Of a stretch of DNA of 64,000 nt, positions 9,377-18,846 are shown piece by piece. A program made the translations under genes and the position numbers. Within the stretch, counting starts at the first letter, position 1. Each line of letters begins with the position of its first letter. The notes under the pieces are model-generated. The model saw only the letters and a list, made by a program, of their open reading frames with translations, ran no database searches and was not told where the DNA came from. The stretch lies in contig JAGANY010000038.1 of assembly GCA_017624025.1 (NCBI GenBank), positions 1,759 through 65,758 of the forward strand, in the 5' to 3' direction. Origin of the DNA: Ruminiclostridium sp. GTDB lineage: Bacteria; Bacillota; Clostridia; Oscillospirales; Ruminococcaceae.

Positions 9377-10604
9377 AAAAATCATAAGGAATTCCTTTTC
9401 GGACATCCGCCCCTTTACCGACAATGAAGTTTTCAGAAAAAAAGTAACTGAAAGGGCGGTACAAATGGAAAATAAGAAAAGAAAAACTATGAAAAAGCCG
9501 TTGGTTGCGTTTTGTGCAGTGATAGCAGTATTGTCGCTGGGAGTAACTGCTGCAGCGGCAACAGGCATAATCAATTTCAACAGTATATTCGGCAGAATTA
9601 TCAGAACAGAGGACGAGGCATTGGGAAGCTCGCTTATAGGCAATGCCGAAAATGTGGAATGGACAACATCGGACGAGGATTATGTCGTTGATTTTAAGGG
9701 CGTCACAGGTTCGAACGAAGAACTGATAGTCTCTTTTGAAATAGCGAGAGCCGACGGAGAGCCTGTTGAAAAGTATCTTAACAATAAAGACCTTGTTGAA
9801 ATAAGCGGTCTTTCGGGTATAATAAAAAGCATTACAATTGACGGAGAATATCCCGAGCATTTCGGTATGAGTGATCATTTTTCTGTAAATGATAATGGAA
9901 ATATTGAAGCTTTCTTTACCCTTAACGGATATTACTTTAACAATATCCTTTCCGGTAAAAAAATAACTGTAAAAGGAATTAGCTTTTATCCTACTGCAGA
10001 ACTCATTGACGGTAAGGTTCCGAGAGAAAAAACTGTCTTCTTCCGTAAAGGATACGTAGAGAAATATGGATTTACCGAAGAGGAAAAGGCTTATCTTGAT
10101 TCAATATCGGTACTGAATCTTGAATGGTCGCTGGAATTTACATATTCGCCTTCTGAAGCAGGCGAAGAAAAGATTACGCTTGAAAATCCCGAAGAGCCTG
10201 TAAGCATTATTTTCGGTAAAAGGGACGGAAAGAACGCTTCTCCTGCTGTAAACAACGGCTCGGAATATATAGCGAACTTATTATCCTCCTATAAAAAATA
10301 TGAGGGCAGAGTTGTTAGCTTTACAGCAGACAGCATAAGAGCAGAACTCTCTATGGTTTTTGACGATGACCCTAAAGCCGTGTTTGAAAGCAATTTATGC
10401 ACGATGAAGAATGAATTTACGCTTATAAAGAAGGATGGAACGGAAACAAAGATGTCTATGGGAACAATTTCTACTTCTTTGGGCGAAACCGAAACAGAAA
10501 TAAGCGTGACATTTAGATATGCGAAATACAACGAGATAATAGCCGTAGATATTTCGGAATACGAATATCTCTCCATTAACGGCACAAAATTCAGAATTTT
10601 ATAA
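9366..10604 (+). CDS. Anti-sigma factor (N-terminal cytoplasmic segment, TM, extracellular domain)
   Basis: Overlaps the sigma stop; TM PLVAFCAVIAVLSLGVTAAAA. Confidence 0.7.
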   Translation: MNYKKIIRNSFSDIRPFTDNEVFRKKVTERAVQMENKKRKTMKKPLVAFCAVIAVLSLGVTAAAATGIINFNSIFGRIIRTEDEALGSSLIGNAENVEWTTSDEDYVVDFKGVTGSNEELIVSFEIARADGEPVEKYLNNKDLVEISGLSGIIKSITIDGEYPEHFGMSDHFSVNDNGNIEAFFTLNGYYFNNILSGKKITVKGISFYPTAELIDGKVPREKTVFFRKGYVEKYGFTEEEKAYLDSISVLNLEWSLEFTYSPSEAGEEKITLENPEEPVSIIFGKRDGKNASPAVNNGSEYIANLLSSYKKYEGRVVSFTADSIRAELSMVFDDDPKAVFESNLCTMKNEFTLIKKDGTETKMSMGTISTSLGETETEISVTFRYAKYNEIIAVDISEYEYLSINGTKFRIL

Positions 10605-10612
10605 AACAAAGT

Positions 10613-10652
10613 TATCGGCTGAAAGAATTTATCTTTTCAGCCGATATTTTTA
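10613..10652 (+). terminator. Intrinsic terminator
   Basis: TATCGGCTGAAA...TTTCAGCCGATA followed by a T-run. Confidence 0.75.
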
Positions 10653-10703
10653 AGTTGGCAATTTAATACTAAAAAATATACAAAAAAAATATCACAATGG
10701 GTA

Positions 10704-10763
10704 TTGATTTTGTAAAGAATTCGTGTTATAATAGCAGACAGATGAATATGTAATCCTTTACAT
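10704..10763 (+). promoter_or_regulatory. sigmaA promoter of the GH5 gene with a downstream LacI/cre-like operator
   Basis: TTGATT(10704)-17-TGnTATAAT(10727); palindrome ATGTAATCCTTTACAT at 10748-10763. Confidence 0.6.
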
Positions 10764-10808
10764 AGCATAATTTTAACCTCATTCAGCAAAATTTTAAGGA
10801 GAAAACGT

Positions 10809-12650
10809 ATGAAAAAAAGAAAAATAGCGTCATTTCTTGTCGCTTTATCCGTTATAGCTTCAACATTGTTGAGCGGATGCGGTGCAAAGGAAACACCCGA
10901 TAATACCTCTGATACAACCGTATCGGCAACAGAAGCCCCCGTAACTGAAGCAACAGGCGGAGATGATAACGCTTCTGGTATAAGCGAGGATGAGCTTAAG
11001 GCTATGTCTGCCCTCGAAGTAAGCAAGCTTATGGGAAACGGCACAAACCTCGGAAATACAATGGAAGCCTACGGTCATCCCGATTATCTTAAGGGCGTTG
11101 ACCCCCGTAATTTTGAAACAGCCTGGGGACAGCCCATAACAACACAGGAAATTATTGACGGTATGAAGGACTTAGGCTTTGATACCTTAAGAATCCCTGT
11201 GGCGTGGACAAACGGTATGAATTTTGAAAGCGGAGATTATACTATCGACTCCCGTCTTCTTGACCGTGTTGAAGAAATCGTGAACTATGCTCTTAATGCG
11301 GATATGTTCGTTGTTATTAACGACCACTGGGACGGTGGCTGGTGGGGTATGTTCGGCAGTGCTGATGAAGCCGTACGCCAGCAGGCTATGGATATGTATA
11401 AGGCAATGTGGACACAGATTGCTGAACGCTTCGGAGATTATTCCTATAAGGTAATTTTTGAATCGGCAAATGAAGAGCTTTGTGAACGCCTCAATGACAG
11501 CGATATTACAGGCTCAAAGGGTGTTCTTAATGTAAACGAATGCTACGAAAAGACAAACGAAATCAACAGCGAGTTCGTTAAGCTTATCCGTTCAACAGGC
11601 GGAAAGAACGCCGACAGATTCTTACTTATAGCAGGCTATAACACCGACATCCAGAGAACCTGTGATGAACGATATAAGATGCCCGAGGACACAGCAAAGG
11701 ATAAGCTCTTCCTTTCTGTTCATTATTACACTCCCTGGGATTATTGCGGAACAGACGCACTTCAGTCCTGGGGTTCTCCTACCGACCTTGATGAACAGAA
11801 CGGTCTTCTCGAAATGCTCACAAAGTTTACCGACCAGGGTTATGGTATTATTATCGGTGAGTATGCGGTTATGAAGGAAAAGGGCAGCGGACAGAAGCCC
11901 GATACAGATAAGTTCTACACAAACTTCCTCAATAACTGTGACTTATATAACTATTGTCCTTTACTCTGGGATTGCAGCAGTCTTTATAAGAGAAGCTCCG
12001 GCATAGTTTCCGATGAAACCGTAGCCGCTGTTTTCAAGGACAGAGACGCTGACGCCGAAGCAGGCAGAGATTATGCCGACATCCAGGCTGAAGCAAAGGC
12101 AGAAATTGACGCTCTTTATGAAAAGGCAAATGAAGAGATGATGGAAAATATAAGCCTTCCGCCCTCTGACGATATGGCTATTGCGTGGAGTATGTTCACA
12201 AGCGGAGACTGGGGCGTAGGCTACAGTGCAGGAGACCTTTATGACCCGACAAATATGACGCAGGGTATCAAGGCTACAAACGTAAAGGTTACAGGCGACG
12301 GTACATATACAGTATCACTTGATTTAACAGGCGTAGGTACCGTAAAGGGTATTGCGTTCTCTGCTCTCGGAATTTCCAACGGCGAAAAGTTCTTCCCCAA
12401 CAGTATTGTTGATATAAAGGAAATCCGTATCAATGGCGAGGCTTACACACCTGCAGGAGATGACTACACCTCCTCCGATGACGGTAAGTGTACAAGAGTA
12501 AATCTCTACAATCAGTGGGTTTCAAAGATTCCCGAAGAAGCAAGAATTTTAGGCGGTGACCTCACAAACGCAACCGCCAAGCTTCTCGACGTAGGCAATC
12601 AGAATATTGAAACTATCGAAGTAACCTTCGATTTCATTACACAGCAGTAA
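10809..12650 (+). CDS. GH5 endoglucanase lipoprotein with a C-terminal CBM-like beta-sandwich
   Basis: LLSGC lipobox; NLGNTMEA, LRIPVAW, NDHWD, FESANEE (acid/base), VHYYTPW, IIGEY (nucleophile), LWD. Confidence 0.9.
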   Translation: MKKRKIASFLVALSVIASTLLSGCGAKETPDNTSDTTVSATEAPVTEATGGDDNASGISEDELKAMSALEVSKLMGNGTNLGNTMEAYGHPDYLKGVDPRNFETAWGQPITTQEIIDGMKDLGFDTLRIPVAWTNGMNFESGDYTIDSRLLDRVEEIVNYALNADMFVVINDHWDGGWWGMFGSADEAVRQQAMDMYKAMWTQIAERFGDYSYKVIFESANEELCERLNDSDITGSKGVLNVNECYEKTNEINSEFVKLIRSTGGKNADRFLLIAGYNTDIQRTCDERYKMPEDTAKDKLFLSVHYYTPWDYCGTDALQSWGSPTDLDEQNGLLEMLTKFTDQGYGIIIGEYAVMKEKGSGQKPDTDKFYTNFLNNCDLYNYCPLLWDCSSLYKRSSGIVSDETVAAVFKDRDADAEAGRDYADIQAEAKAEIDALYEKANEEMMENISLPPSDDMAIAWSMFTSGDWGVGYSAGDLYDPTNMTQGIKATNVKVTGDGTYTVSLDLTGVGTVKGIAFSALGISNGEKFFPNSIVDIKEIRINGEAYTPAGDDYTSSDDGKCTRVNLYNQWVSKIPEEARILGGDLTNATAKLLDVGNQNIETIEVTFDFITQQ

Positions 12651-12656
12651 TATGAA

Positions 12657-12690
12657 CAAAAGGCTCTCTGCAATAGCGGGGGGCTTTTTC
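12657..12690 (+). terminator. Intrinsic terminator
   Basis: AAGGCTCTCTGC...GCGGGGGCTTTTT. Confidence 0.6.
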
Positions 12691-12691
12691 A

Positions 12692-12720
12692 TTGACTAAA
12701 AGCGGTTGTTGTGCTATAAT
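12692..12720 (+). promoter_or_regulatory. sigmaA promoter
   Basis: TTGACT-17-TGcTATAAT. Confidence 0.75.
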
Positions 12721-12751
12721 TATAGCGAAAATAAGTTTCGGGGTGATAATT

Positions 12752-13435
12752 TTGAACGTAAAAGTGCTTGTTGTTGAGGACGATAAGGAAATAGTACGTC
12801 TTCTTACGGATTTTCTTACAGAAAACGGCTATACGGTTTTTTCTGCTGTCGAAGGAAAAACAGCGTCCGAAATGATTAAAGCCGGCGGGTATGATATTAT
12901 CCTTATGGATCTTATGCTCCCCTTTAAAAGCGGTGAACAGCTTATAAAAGAGGTTCGTGAATTATCCGATACGCCCGTTATAGTTATTTCCGCAAAATCT
13001 ATGATGGAAACGAAGCTTGAGGCCTTGAGACTCGGAGCTGATGATTATATCGTAAAGCCCTTTGACCTTAATGAAGTGCTTGTAAGAATACAGGTTGTAT
13101 TAAGAAGAGTAAAAATAGCCGAAGCAAAGAAATCCGAAGTTTTCTCAAGCGGAAAGCTTTCATATTATATCAATGAAAATACAGTAAAATACGATGGTGC
13201 GGTTATCCAGCTTACAGCTAAGGAAATGCACCTTTTACGCCTGTTCCTCGAATATCCCGAAAAAGTCTATACAAAAGCTAACCTGTACGAATCTGTATGG
13301 AATGATACATATTACTATGAAGACAATACGATAAATGTACATATGAGCAATCTCAGAAGCAAGCTCAAAAAAGCAACGGGACACGATTTTATAGAGACCG
13401 TATGGGGCATAGGATACCGTTTTAAGGAGGAATGA
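12752..13435 (+). CDS. OmpR-family response regulator
   Basis: VVEDD, MDLMLP, GADDYIVKPF, IETVWGIGYR; TTG start at 12752. Confidence 0.92.
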   Translation: MNVKVLVVEDDKEIVRLLTDFLTENGYTVFSAVEGKTASEMIKAGGYDIILMDLMLPFKSGEQLIKEVRELSDTPVIVISAKSMMETKLEALRLGADDYIVKPFDLNEVLVRIQVVLRRVKIAEAKKSEVFSSGKLSYYINENTVKYDGAVIQLTAKEMHLLRLFLEYPEKVYTKANLYESVWNDTYYYEDNTINVHMSNLRSKLKKATGHDFIETVWGIGYRFKEE

Positions 13436-14349
13436 TGGATCTAATTATTATAGCGGTTATTGCTTTCCTTGTCCTTCTGTCTGTCTGCCTCTGCTGTTAT
13501 ATTTTCCGCCTTAAATCACAGATAAAGGAGATAAAAAGGGAGCTTAGAGAGACCCGTGATTTATCCTACAATAAACAGATAAGAGTTTCTCTTTTTGATA
13601 AGGACTTATCGGATATGACTGCTGAACTGAACAATAATCTCGACTACCAGAAAAAGCTTAAGCTTCGTTCTGAGGAAGCCGAAAAAACGCTGAAACAGTC
13701 CGTTTCTGATATTGCCCACGATTTAAGAACCCCTTTAACAGTAATAAAGGGCAATCTCCAGATGCTCAGAAAACAGGAAAAGCTTTCTGAAAAGGGAGTT
13801 TCCTGTCTTGATATATGTATGGAAAAATCCGATTCAATGAAGGAGATGGCGGATAATTTCTTCGAGCTTTCTGTACTTGAAAGCGACAATACTCCCGTCC
13901 GTACCGAAAGAATAAGTGCGGTAAATCTTATAATGCAGTTTCTCGCTGACAATGAGGCAGTTATAAGCGGTCATAATCTTACGCCGGAAATTATTTTTCC
14001 CGAAAAGAGCATTTTCATAATGTGCGATGAAGTATTGTTGACGCGTATGCTCAGCAATCTTCTCAATAATATTATAAAGTATGCAAGCGAAAGCTTTACG
14101 CTTAAGCTTTCCGATTCGGGCGAGGAATGTGTTATCTCCTTTTCGAATGCTGTAGGCGATGAGTCTTCTGTTGACCCCGGACGCCTTTTCGAGAGGATAT
14201 ATCGGGGCGATAAGGCGAGACGGGGAAGCGGAGCAGGCCTCGGACTATATATTGTAAAGCTTCTTGCCGAAAAACAGAATGCAAAAGTAAAAGCGGAATT
14301 AAAAGAAAAAAACCTCGTGATAAGCTTAATATTTAAAACAGCCCGATAG
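13432..14349 (+). CDS. Sensor histidine kinase (single N-terminal TM, intramembrane-sensing type)
   Basis: DIAHDLRTPLT H-box, NLLNNIIKY, GAGLGLYIV. Confidence 0.92.
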   Translation: MMDLIIIAVIAFLVLLSVCLCCYIFRLKSQIKEIKRELRETRDLSYNKQIRVSLFDKDLSDMTAELNNNLDYQKKLKLRSEEAEKTLKQSVSDIAHDLRTPLTVIKGNLQMLRKQEKLSEKGVSCLDICMEKSDSMKEMADNFFELSVLESDNTPVRTERISAVNLIMQFLADNEAVISGHNLTPEIIFPEKSIFIMCDEVLLTRMLSNLLNNIIKYASESFTLKLSDSGEECVISFSNAVGDESSVDPGRLFERIYRGDKARRGSGAGLGLYIVKLLAEKQNAKVKAELKEKNLVISLIFKTAR

Positions 14350-14370
14350 TTTTTCGGGCTTTTTTTATAA

Positions 14371-14424
14371 ATTTAAATTTTTTTAAGAAAATTTAAGAAA
14401 TTCTTTAATATTGTTTTATAAAAT
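14371..14424 (+). promoter_or_regulatory. Direct-repeat response-regulator site upstream of the ABC operon
   Basis: TTTAA(G) at 14372, 14382, 14392, 14404 (TTTAAGAAA twice, 10 bp apart); no good -35. Confidence 0.5.
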
Positions 14425-14461
14425 AAAATCAGTAAAGAAATTCTGAAAGGAATGGTGTAAT

Positions 14462-15385
14462 ATGTCTGAAACAATTATCGAAGTAAAGAATCTTACGAAA
14501 CAGTATATGAAACAGCAGGCTGTAAAAAATGCTTCCTTTAAAATAGAGGAGGGTATGATATGCGGTCTTATCGGCCCTAACGGAGCAGGTAAAACTACAA
14601 TTATGAAAATGCTCGGCGGACTTGTTATCCCTACGGAGGGAAGCATATCTATTTACGGCAAAACCGATGAGGAAGAACTTGTAAGAGCGAGACAGCGTAC
14701 AAGCTTTATGATTGAAACGCCTTATGCAAAGGAAAAAATGACAGCAAGGGAAAACCTCGAGAAACAGAGGATACAGAAAGGTATTCCCGATAAAAGCCGT
14801 ATAGACGAGGTTCTTAAAATAGTAGGACTTGAAAACACAGGGAAAAAGATGGTAAGAAATTTCTCTCTCGGTATGCGTCAGCGTTTAGGTATCGCAAACG
14901 CTCTTCTTACTAAGCCCGAGATAATGATTCTCGATGAGCCTATAAACGGACTTGACCCCGAGGGTATCGTTGAGATAAGAGAGCTTCTCTTAAAGCTTAA
15001 CAGAGAGGAACATATCACTATTATTATTTCCTCTCATATCTTAAGCGAGCTTTCTTTATTATGTATGGATTATGTTTTTATAAATCACGGCGAAATAATC
15101 CAGACTGTATCCGCATCCGAGCTTAAGAATATCTGCCGTGAGTATTATCACATTCACACAGATAACGATTCTCTTGCAGTTGCAGTGTTGCAGGAAAAGC
15201 TCGGACTTACACAGTTTGAGGTTGAGCGTGACGGAAGCATCCGTCTTTACGAAAACCTCGGAAACATCCGTGAAATTTCAAAGACCTTGTTCGAAAACGG
15301 CATTGTTCCCGTTATTCTTAATATCAACGAAGCTAATCTCGAAGAGTATTATATGAATATGGTAGAAGATGTTAAAAAGCAGTAA
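14462..15385 (+). CDS. ABC transporter ATP-binding protein (BcrA/lantibiotic-immunity type)
   Basis: GPNGAGKTT, FSLGMRQRLGIA, ILDEPINGLDPEGI, SSHIL. Confidence 0.92.
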   Translation: MSETIIEVKNLTKQYMKQQAVKNASFKIEEGMICGLIGPNGAGKTTIMKMLGGLVIPTEGSISIYGKTDEEELVRARQRTSFMIETPYAKEKMTARENLEKQRIQKGIPDKSRIDEVLKIVGLENTGKKMVRNFSLGMRQRLGIANALLTKPEIMILDEPINGLDPEGIVEIRELLLKLNREEHITIIISSHILSELSLLCMDYVFINHGEIIQTVSASELKNICREYYHIHTDNDSLAVAVLQEKLGLTQFEVERDGSIRLYENLGNIREISKTLFENGIVPVILNINEANLEEYYMNMVEDVKKQ

Positions 15386-15413
15386 GCTGTTTTTAAGAAA
15401 GGAGTTGTTGAGC

Positions 15414-16193
15414 TTGAACAACATAATGAAGGCTCTTAATTACCAGGCAAGAAGAGACAATTTTACGATATATGTTATTTTAGCCTGTGTTGTTGTAATA
15501 GGAATATTCTTTTTTACGTCTGATATCGGCAAACTTAACGGCAGTACAGCAACCGTTAATTACGTCGAATATGTATCGCTTGTTCTAATGATAGTTCCCC
15601 TCGGAATTACAACAAGAATATGCGGTTGGGACTATGCTGACAAGACTATGAACTATGAGATTCTTTCGGGTCATAAACGAAAGGATATCTACTGGTCAAG
15701 ATTTTTTGTAAGTATGGGCTGGGTTACTGTTATTGCTTACATAGCTATGGTTATTCCGCCTGTAGTATTCACTGTAATTAACGGTTGGGGCGATAATGCG
15801 GATTTAAGAAATATCATTATAAGATACGTTCTCGTTATATTCCCTTTATTCCGAATGGTATGCGAATTAACGCTTTTTACGTTTATTCTTAAAAACGGAT
15901 ACTTCTCTCTTTTAATAGGCTTTATATTAATGGAAGTAATTTCCTGTATTTCTATGTTTTTGGATGAGCTTGAAGGAATAAAAACTTCTTTCTGGATTAC
16001 CTTCTCTAATCTTAGCGAACTTGTAACATTTTCTAACTACTCGCTGGGATATGTAAACGGCGAAGATATCTATGTTTATGAATCAGTTCTCGAGCCTTCC
16101 TTTATTGTCGGTACAATAGCCGTTTCTCTTTTAGTAGGTATTGCCTGTCTTTTCGGCGGATATTTCTACTTTAAGAAATGTGATGTAAACTAA
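15414..16193 (+). CDS. ABC-2 type permease
   Basis: ~6 TM; DKTMNYEILSGH loop; TTG start at 15414 after AAGGAG. Confidence 0.82.
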   Translation: MNNIMKALNYQARRDNFTIYVILACVVVIGIFFFTSDIGKLNGSTATVNYVEYVSLVLMIVPLGITTRICGWDYADKTMNYEILSGHKRKDIYWSRFFVSMGWVTVIAYIAMVIPPVVFTVINGWGDNADLRNIIIRYVLVIFPLFRMVCELTLFTFILKNGYFSLLIGFILMEVISCISMFLDELEGIKTSFWITFSNLSELVTFSNYSLGYVNGEDIYVYESVLEPSFIVGTIAVSLLVGIACLFGGYFYFKKCDVN

Positions 16194-16203
16194 GGAGATT
16201 ATA

Positions 16204-16962
16204 ATGAAGAATATAATTAAATCACAGCTTTTCCAGCTGAAAAGAGACAGGTTTACAATAATTCTGACCATTGTGTTTATTGCGATTTTACTTCTTGTAA
16301 GGATTACAAGCTTTACGGTAAGCGGGATTAAAACAGGGAGCGTTTTTTTCGCTGATATATTACAGCCCAATTCCTCTTTTGCTGTTTTTTTTATTATGAT
16401 TCTTGTACCGCATCTTTGCGGAGCAGATTTTCTCGATAAAACGAACAATTACGAGCTTATGTCGGGTCATTCCCGTTTTGAATCCTTCTTCGGAAGAGCG
16501 GTAGTAACTATTGTATATGCATTGATTGCTGCAGCCGTTATGCTCCTTACTCCCGTTATAACAGAGTGTGTAGTCAACGGCTGGGGAACAAAAATAAATA
16601 TCGGTGATGCTGTTTTAAGATTAGTACTTCTTGTGTTCCCTTATTTCAGAATTATATGCGAATTTATTTTTCTTACTTTTCTTATAAAGAATCCTTACGT
16701 TGTAATGGTTATAGGGTATCTTGTATTTATGCTTGATATTTCTATTTTACCCGAAGGCTATATCCTCGGTATTTCGAATATTAATCTTATTACAATTATA
16801 GAAGAATGGGGTACCTACGGTCTTGGAGGAAGCGAAAACTATATTTATGAGGCTTCGGTTGACTCGGAGATGATAATTTTTACAATTTTGTTTTCTGTCG
16901 TTATAGGCGTAGCCTCACTTTTCCTCGGATATACATTCTTTAAGAAAGACGATTTAAGCTAA
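16204..16962 (+). CDS. ABC-2 type permease (paralog of the previous gene)
   Basis: ~6 TM; DKTNNYELMSGH; ends YTFFKKDDLS. Confidence 0.82.
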   Translation: MKNIIKSQLFQLKRDRFTIILTIVFIAILLLVRITSFTVSGIKTGSVFFADILQPNSSFAVFFIMILVPHLCGADFLDKTNNYELMSGHSRFESFFGRAVVTIVYALIAAAVMLLTPVITECVVNGWGTKINIGDAVLRLVLLVFPYFRIICEFIFLTFLIKNPYVVMVIGYLVFMLDISILPEGYILGISNINLITIIEEWGTYGLGGSENYIYEASVDSEMIIFTILFSVVIGVASLFLGYTFFKKDDLS

Positions 16963-16974
16963 GGGGGCAGAAAA

Positions 16975-18615
16975 ATGATAGCTATTGATATATCCTTTAT
17001 TATAATTATACTGCTTGCCTGTATCGCTCTTTTCTTTATGGCAGGCTATGCCGTAAAGGCAATAAACAGCAAGTGGAAGATTCTTTGGTGTATTCCTGTT
17101 GTTGTATGTATGATTATCTCTCTGGCAACGGATTTTGAAAAATGTCTTGTTACCGTTTATATTGCATCGGTTGTTTTGCTTATAGGCTTTATAAAGGAAA
17201 GCGAAAAATTACGTAAGCTTTTAAGCGTTATTTCAGCAATCCTTACTCTTTCAGCGATTCCTGTATGCTTATTGAGTACAGGCTACCGTTCCACAGATTA
17301 TGTAGCGGAATTCAAAAAAGGCTTCGACGGTATGAAGGAGCACTATGTTCTTTCCGCACATAAGAATATAGACTGGGACGCTTTATATGACAAGTATATC
17401 CCTAAATTCAGGGCTGTAGAAGACGATGTTGATAATTTTCTGGTATGGAATGAATTTACCGATGAATTCAAGGACGGACACGTTGGTTTTTCTCCTGCAG
17501 GAGATTATGATGAAATATCCGAAAAAGCCTATGACCGTGTTTTAGGCAACGACTATGGTCTTTCTCTTATGGAGCTTTCGAACGGAAAAGTTGTTGCGGT
17601 TAATGTAAGCGACAGTTTAGCGCAAGCAGGTATAAAGAACGGAACACAGGTGATTCTCTGGGACGGAAAGGACGCAAAGTCCTTAGGCGAGGGTCTTACA
17701 AAATACGCTGGTATGTGTTTTGCGGATAAGGATAACGAAGCGTTTTATAAGGTTCTTCTCGGTTCGGGAACAGGCGGAGATACTGTTACAATAACATATC
17801 TTGATGAAAGCGGAGCAGAAAAAACAGCAGAGCTTCCGAAGCTCGGAACATATTACAGCGGAAGATTAAAAGCTACTCTCGATATAATAAACCAGGGTAT
17901 TGAAACAGGTCATCTTACCTGGGTCGATATAGACGAAAAAACAAGTGCATTCAGAATAAAAATGATGATGTACGATTTTAAATCTCTGAAGAATGAAAAC
18001 CACGACGCTCTGAAATATGCAATAACAGAAAAGCTTGCTGAATTAAAGGCAAAAGGCGTTGAAAATATTATTCTCGATTTAAGAAGCAACGGCGGTGGCT
18101 CGGGAGATATGGTAAAGGCTATAGCGTCCGTTTTTGCACCTTTGGGTGAGCATTATTACTGTACCGACGGTCTTTGGGATGATGAGCTCGGCGGATACGC
18201 AACTGACCCCGAAACAGGAAAATATGTAAAGGGCACAGATAATTATTTTACAGGCGAAAATCTCTGGGACGGAAAGGTAGTTGTTCTTGTAAACGCCTTA
18301 AGCGTAAGTGCAGCGGATCATTTCGTCAAGGTCACATCGGAATTTGATAATATCACTGTTATGGGCTTTACCGAAAGCAACGGTTCAGCACAGGCTGTCG
18401 GCGGAGTTAATTTAGACAGCGGTGCTTATTTACAGTTTTCTTCCTGTGTTGTTCTTGATGAACACGGCGATATTTTTATCGATTCCGGAGAAGATATGGA
18501 AAGCGGAAACGATATTGAAATAAAAATCGATTTTACCGAAGAAACAGTAAAATCCCTCTTCGATAATGACGAGGATTACGTGCTTAATAAGGCTTTGGAA
18601 TATTTATACGAGTAA
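16975..18615 (+). CDS. Membrane-anchored S41 family peptidase
   Basis: 4 N-terminal TM; FKDGHV, IILDLRSNGGG, SVSAADHF (catalytic Ser region). Confidence 0.85.
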   Translation: MIAIDISFIIIILLACIALFFMAGYAVKAINSKWKILWCIPVVVCMIISLATDFEKCLVTVYIASVVLLIGFIKESEKLRKLLSVISAILTLSAIPVCLLSTGYRSTDYVAEFKKGFDGMKEHYVLSAHKNIDWDALYDKYIPKFRAVEDDVDNFLVWNEFTDEFKDGHVGFSPAGDYDEISEKAYDRVLGNDYGLSLMELSNGKVVAVNVSDSLAQAGIKNGTQVILWDGKDAKSLGEGLTKYAGMCFADKDNEAFYKVLLGSGTGGDTVTITYLDESGAEKTAELPKLGTYYSGRLKATLDIINQGIETGHLTWVDIDEKTSAFRIKMMMYDFKSLKNENHDALKYAITEKLAELKAKGVENIILDLRSNGGGSGDMVKAIASVFAPLGEHYYCTDGLWDDELGGYATDPETGKYVKGTDNYFTGENLWDGKVVVLVNALSVSAADHFVKVTSEFDNITVMGFTESNGSAQAVGGVNLDSGAYLQFSSCVVLDEHGDIFIDSGEDMESGNDIEIKIDFTEETVKSLFDNDEDYVLNKALEYLYE

Positions 18616-18620
18616 AATAA

Positions 18621-18840
18621 AGACGGTACTGTACTTTGCAGTACCGTCCCAGCTTGTCGAAAAAGTCTCTTTTTTAAAAATTACCGAGCGAAGCGAGAAT
18701 AAAAAATTTCGGTCAACCCTTTTATAAAAGGGTTGTCAGGGGTAAGGGGAGGAAGCCCCAAAGCCTGTGAACGCTTCGCACATAATAAAAGCAGATTTTA
18801 TTGACATTATGAGACGGTACTGCAATTTAGCAGTACCGCC
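18621..18840. mobile_element. 162-bp MITE-like insertion (18650-18811) flanked by a duplicated terminator hairpin
   Basis: Direct repeats AGACGGTACTG..CAGTACCG at 18621-18648 and 18812-18840; imperfect terminal IRs CAGCTTGTCGAAAAAGTCT / CATAATGTCAATAAAATCT (13/19). Confidence 0.6.
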
Positions 18841-18846
18841 TTTTGT

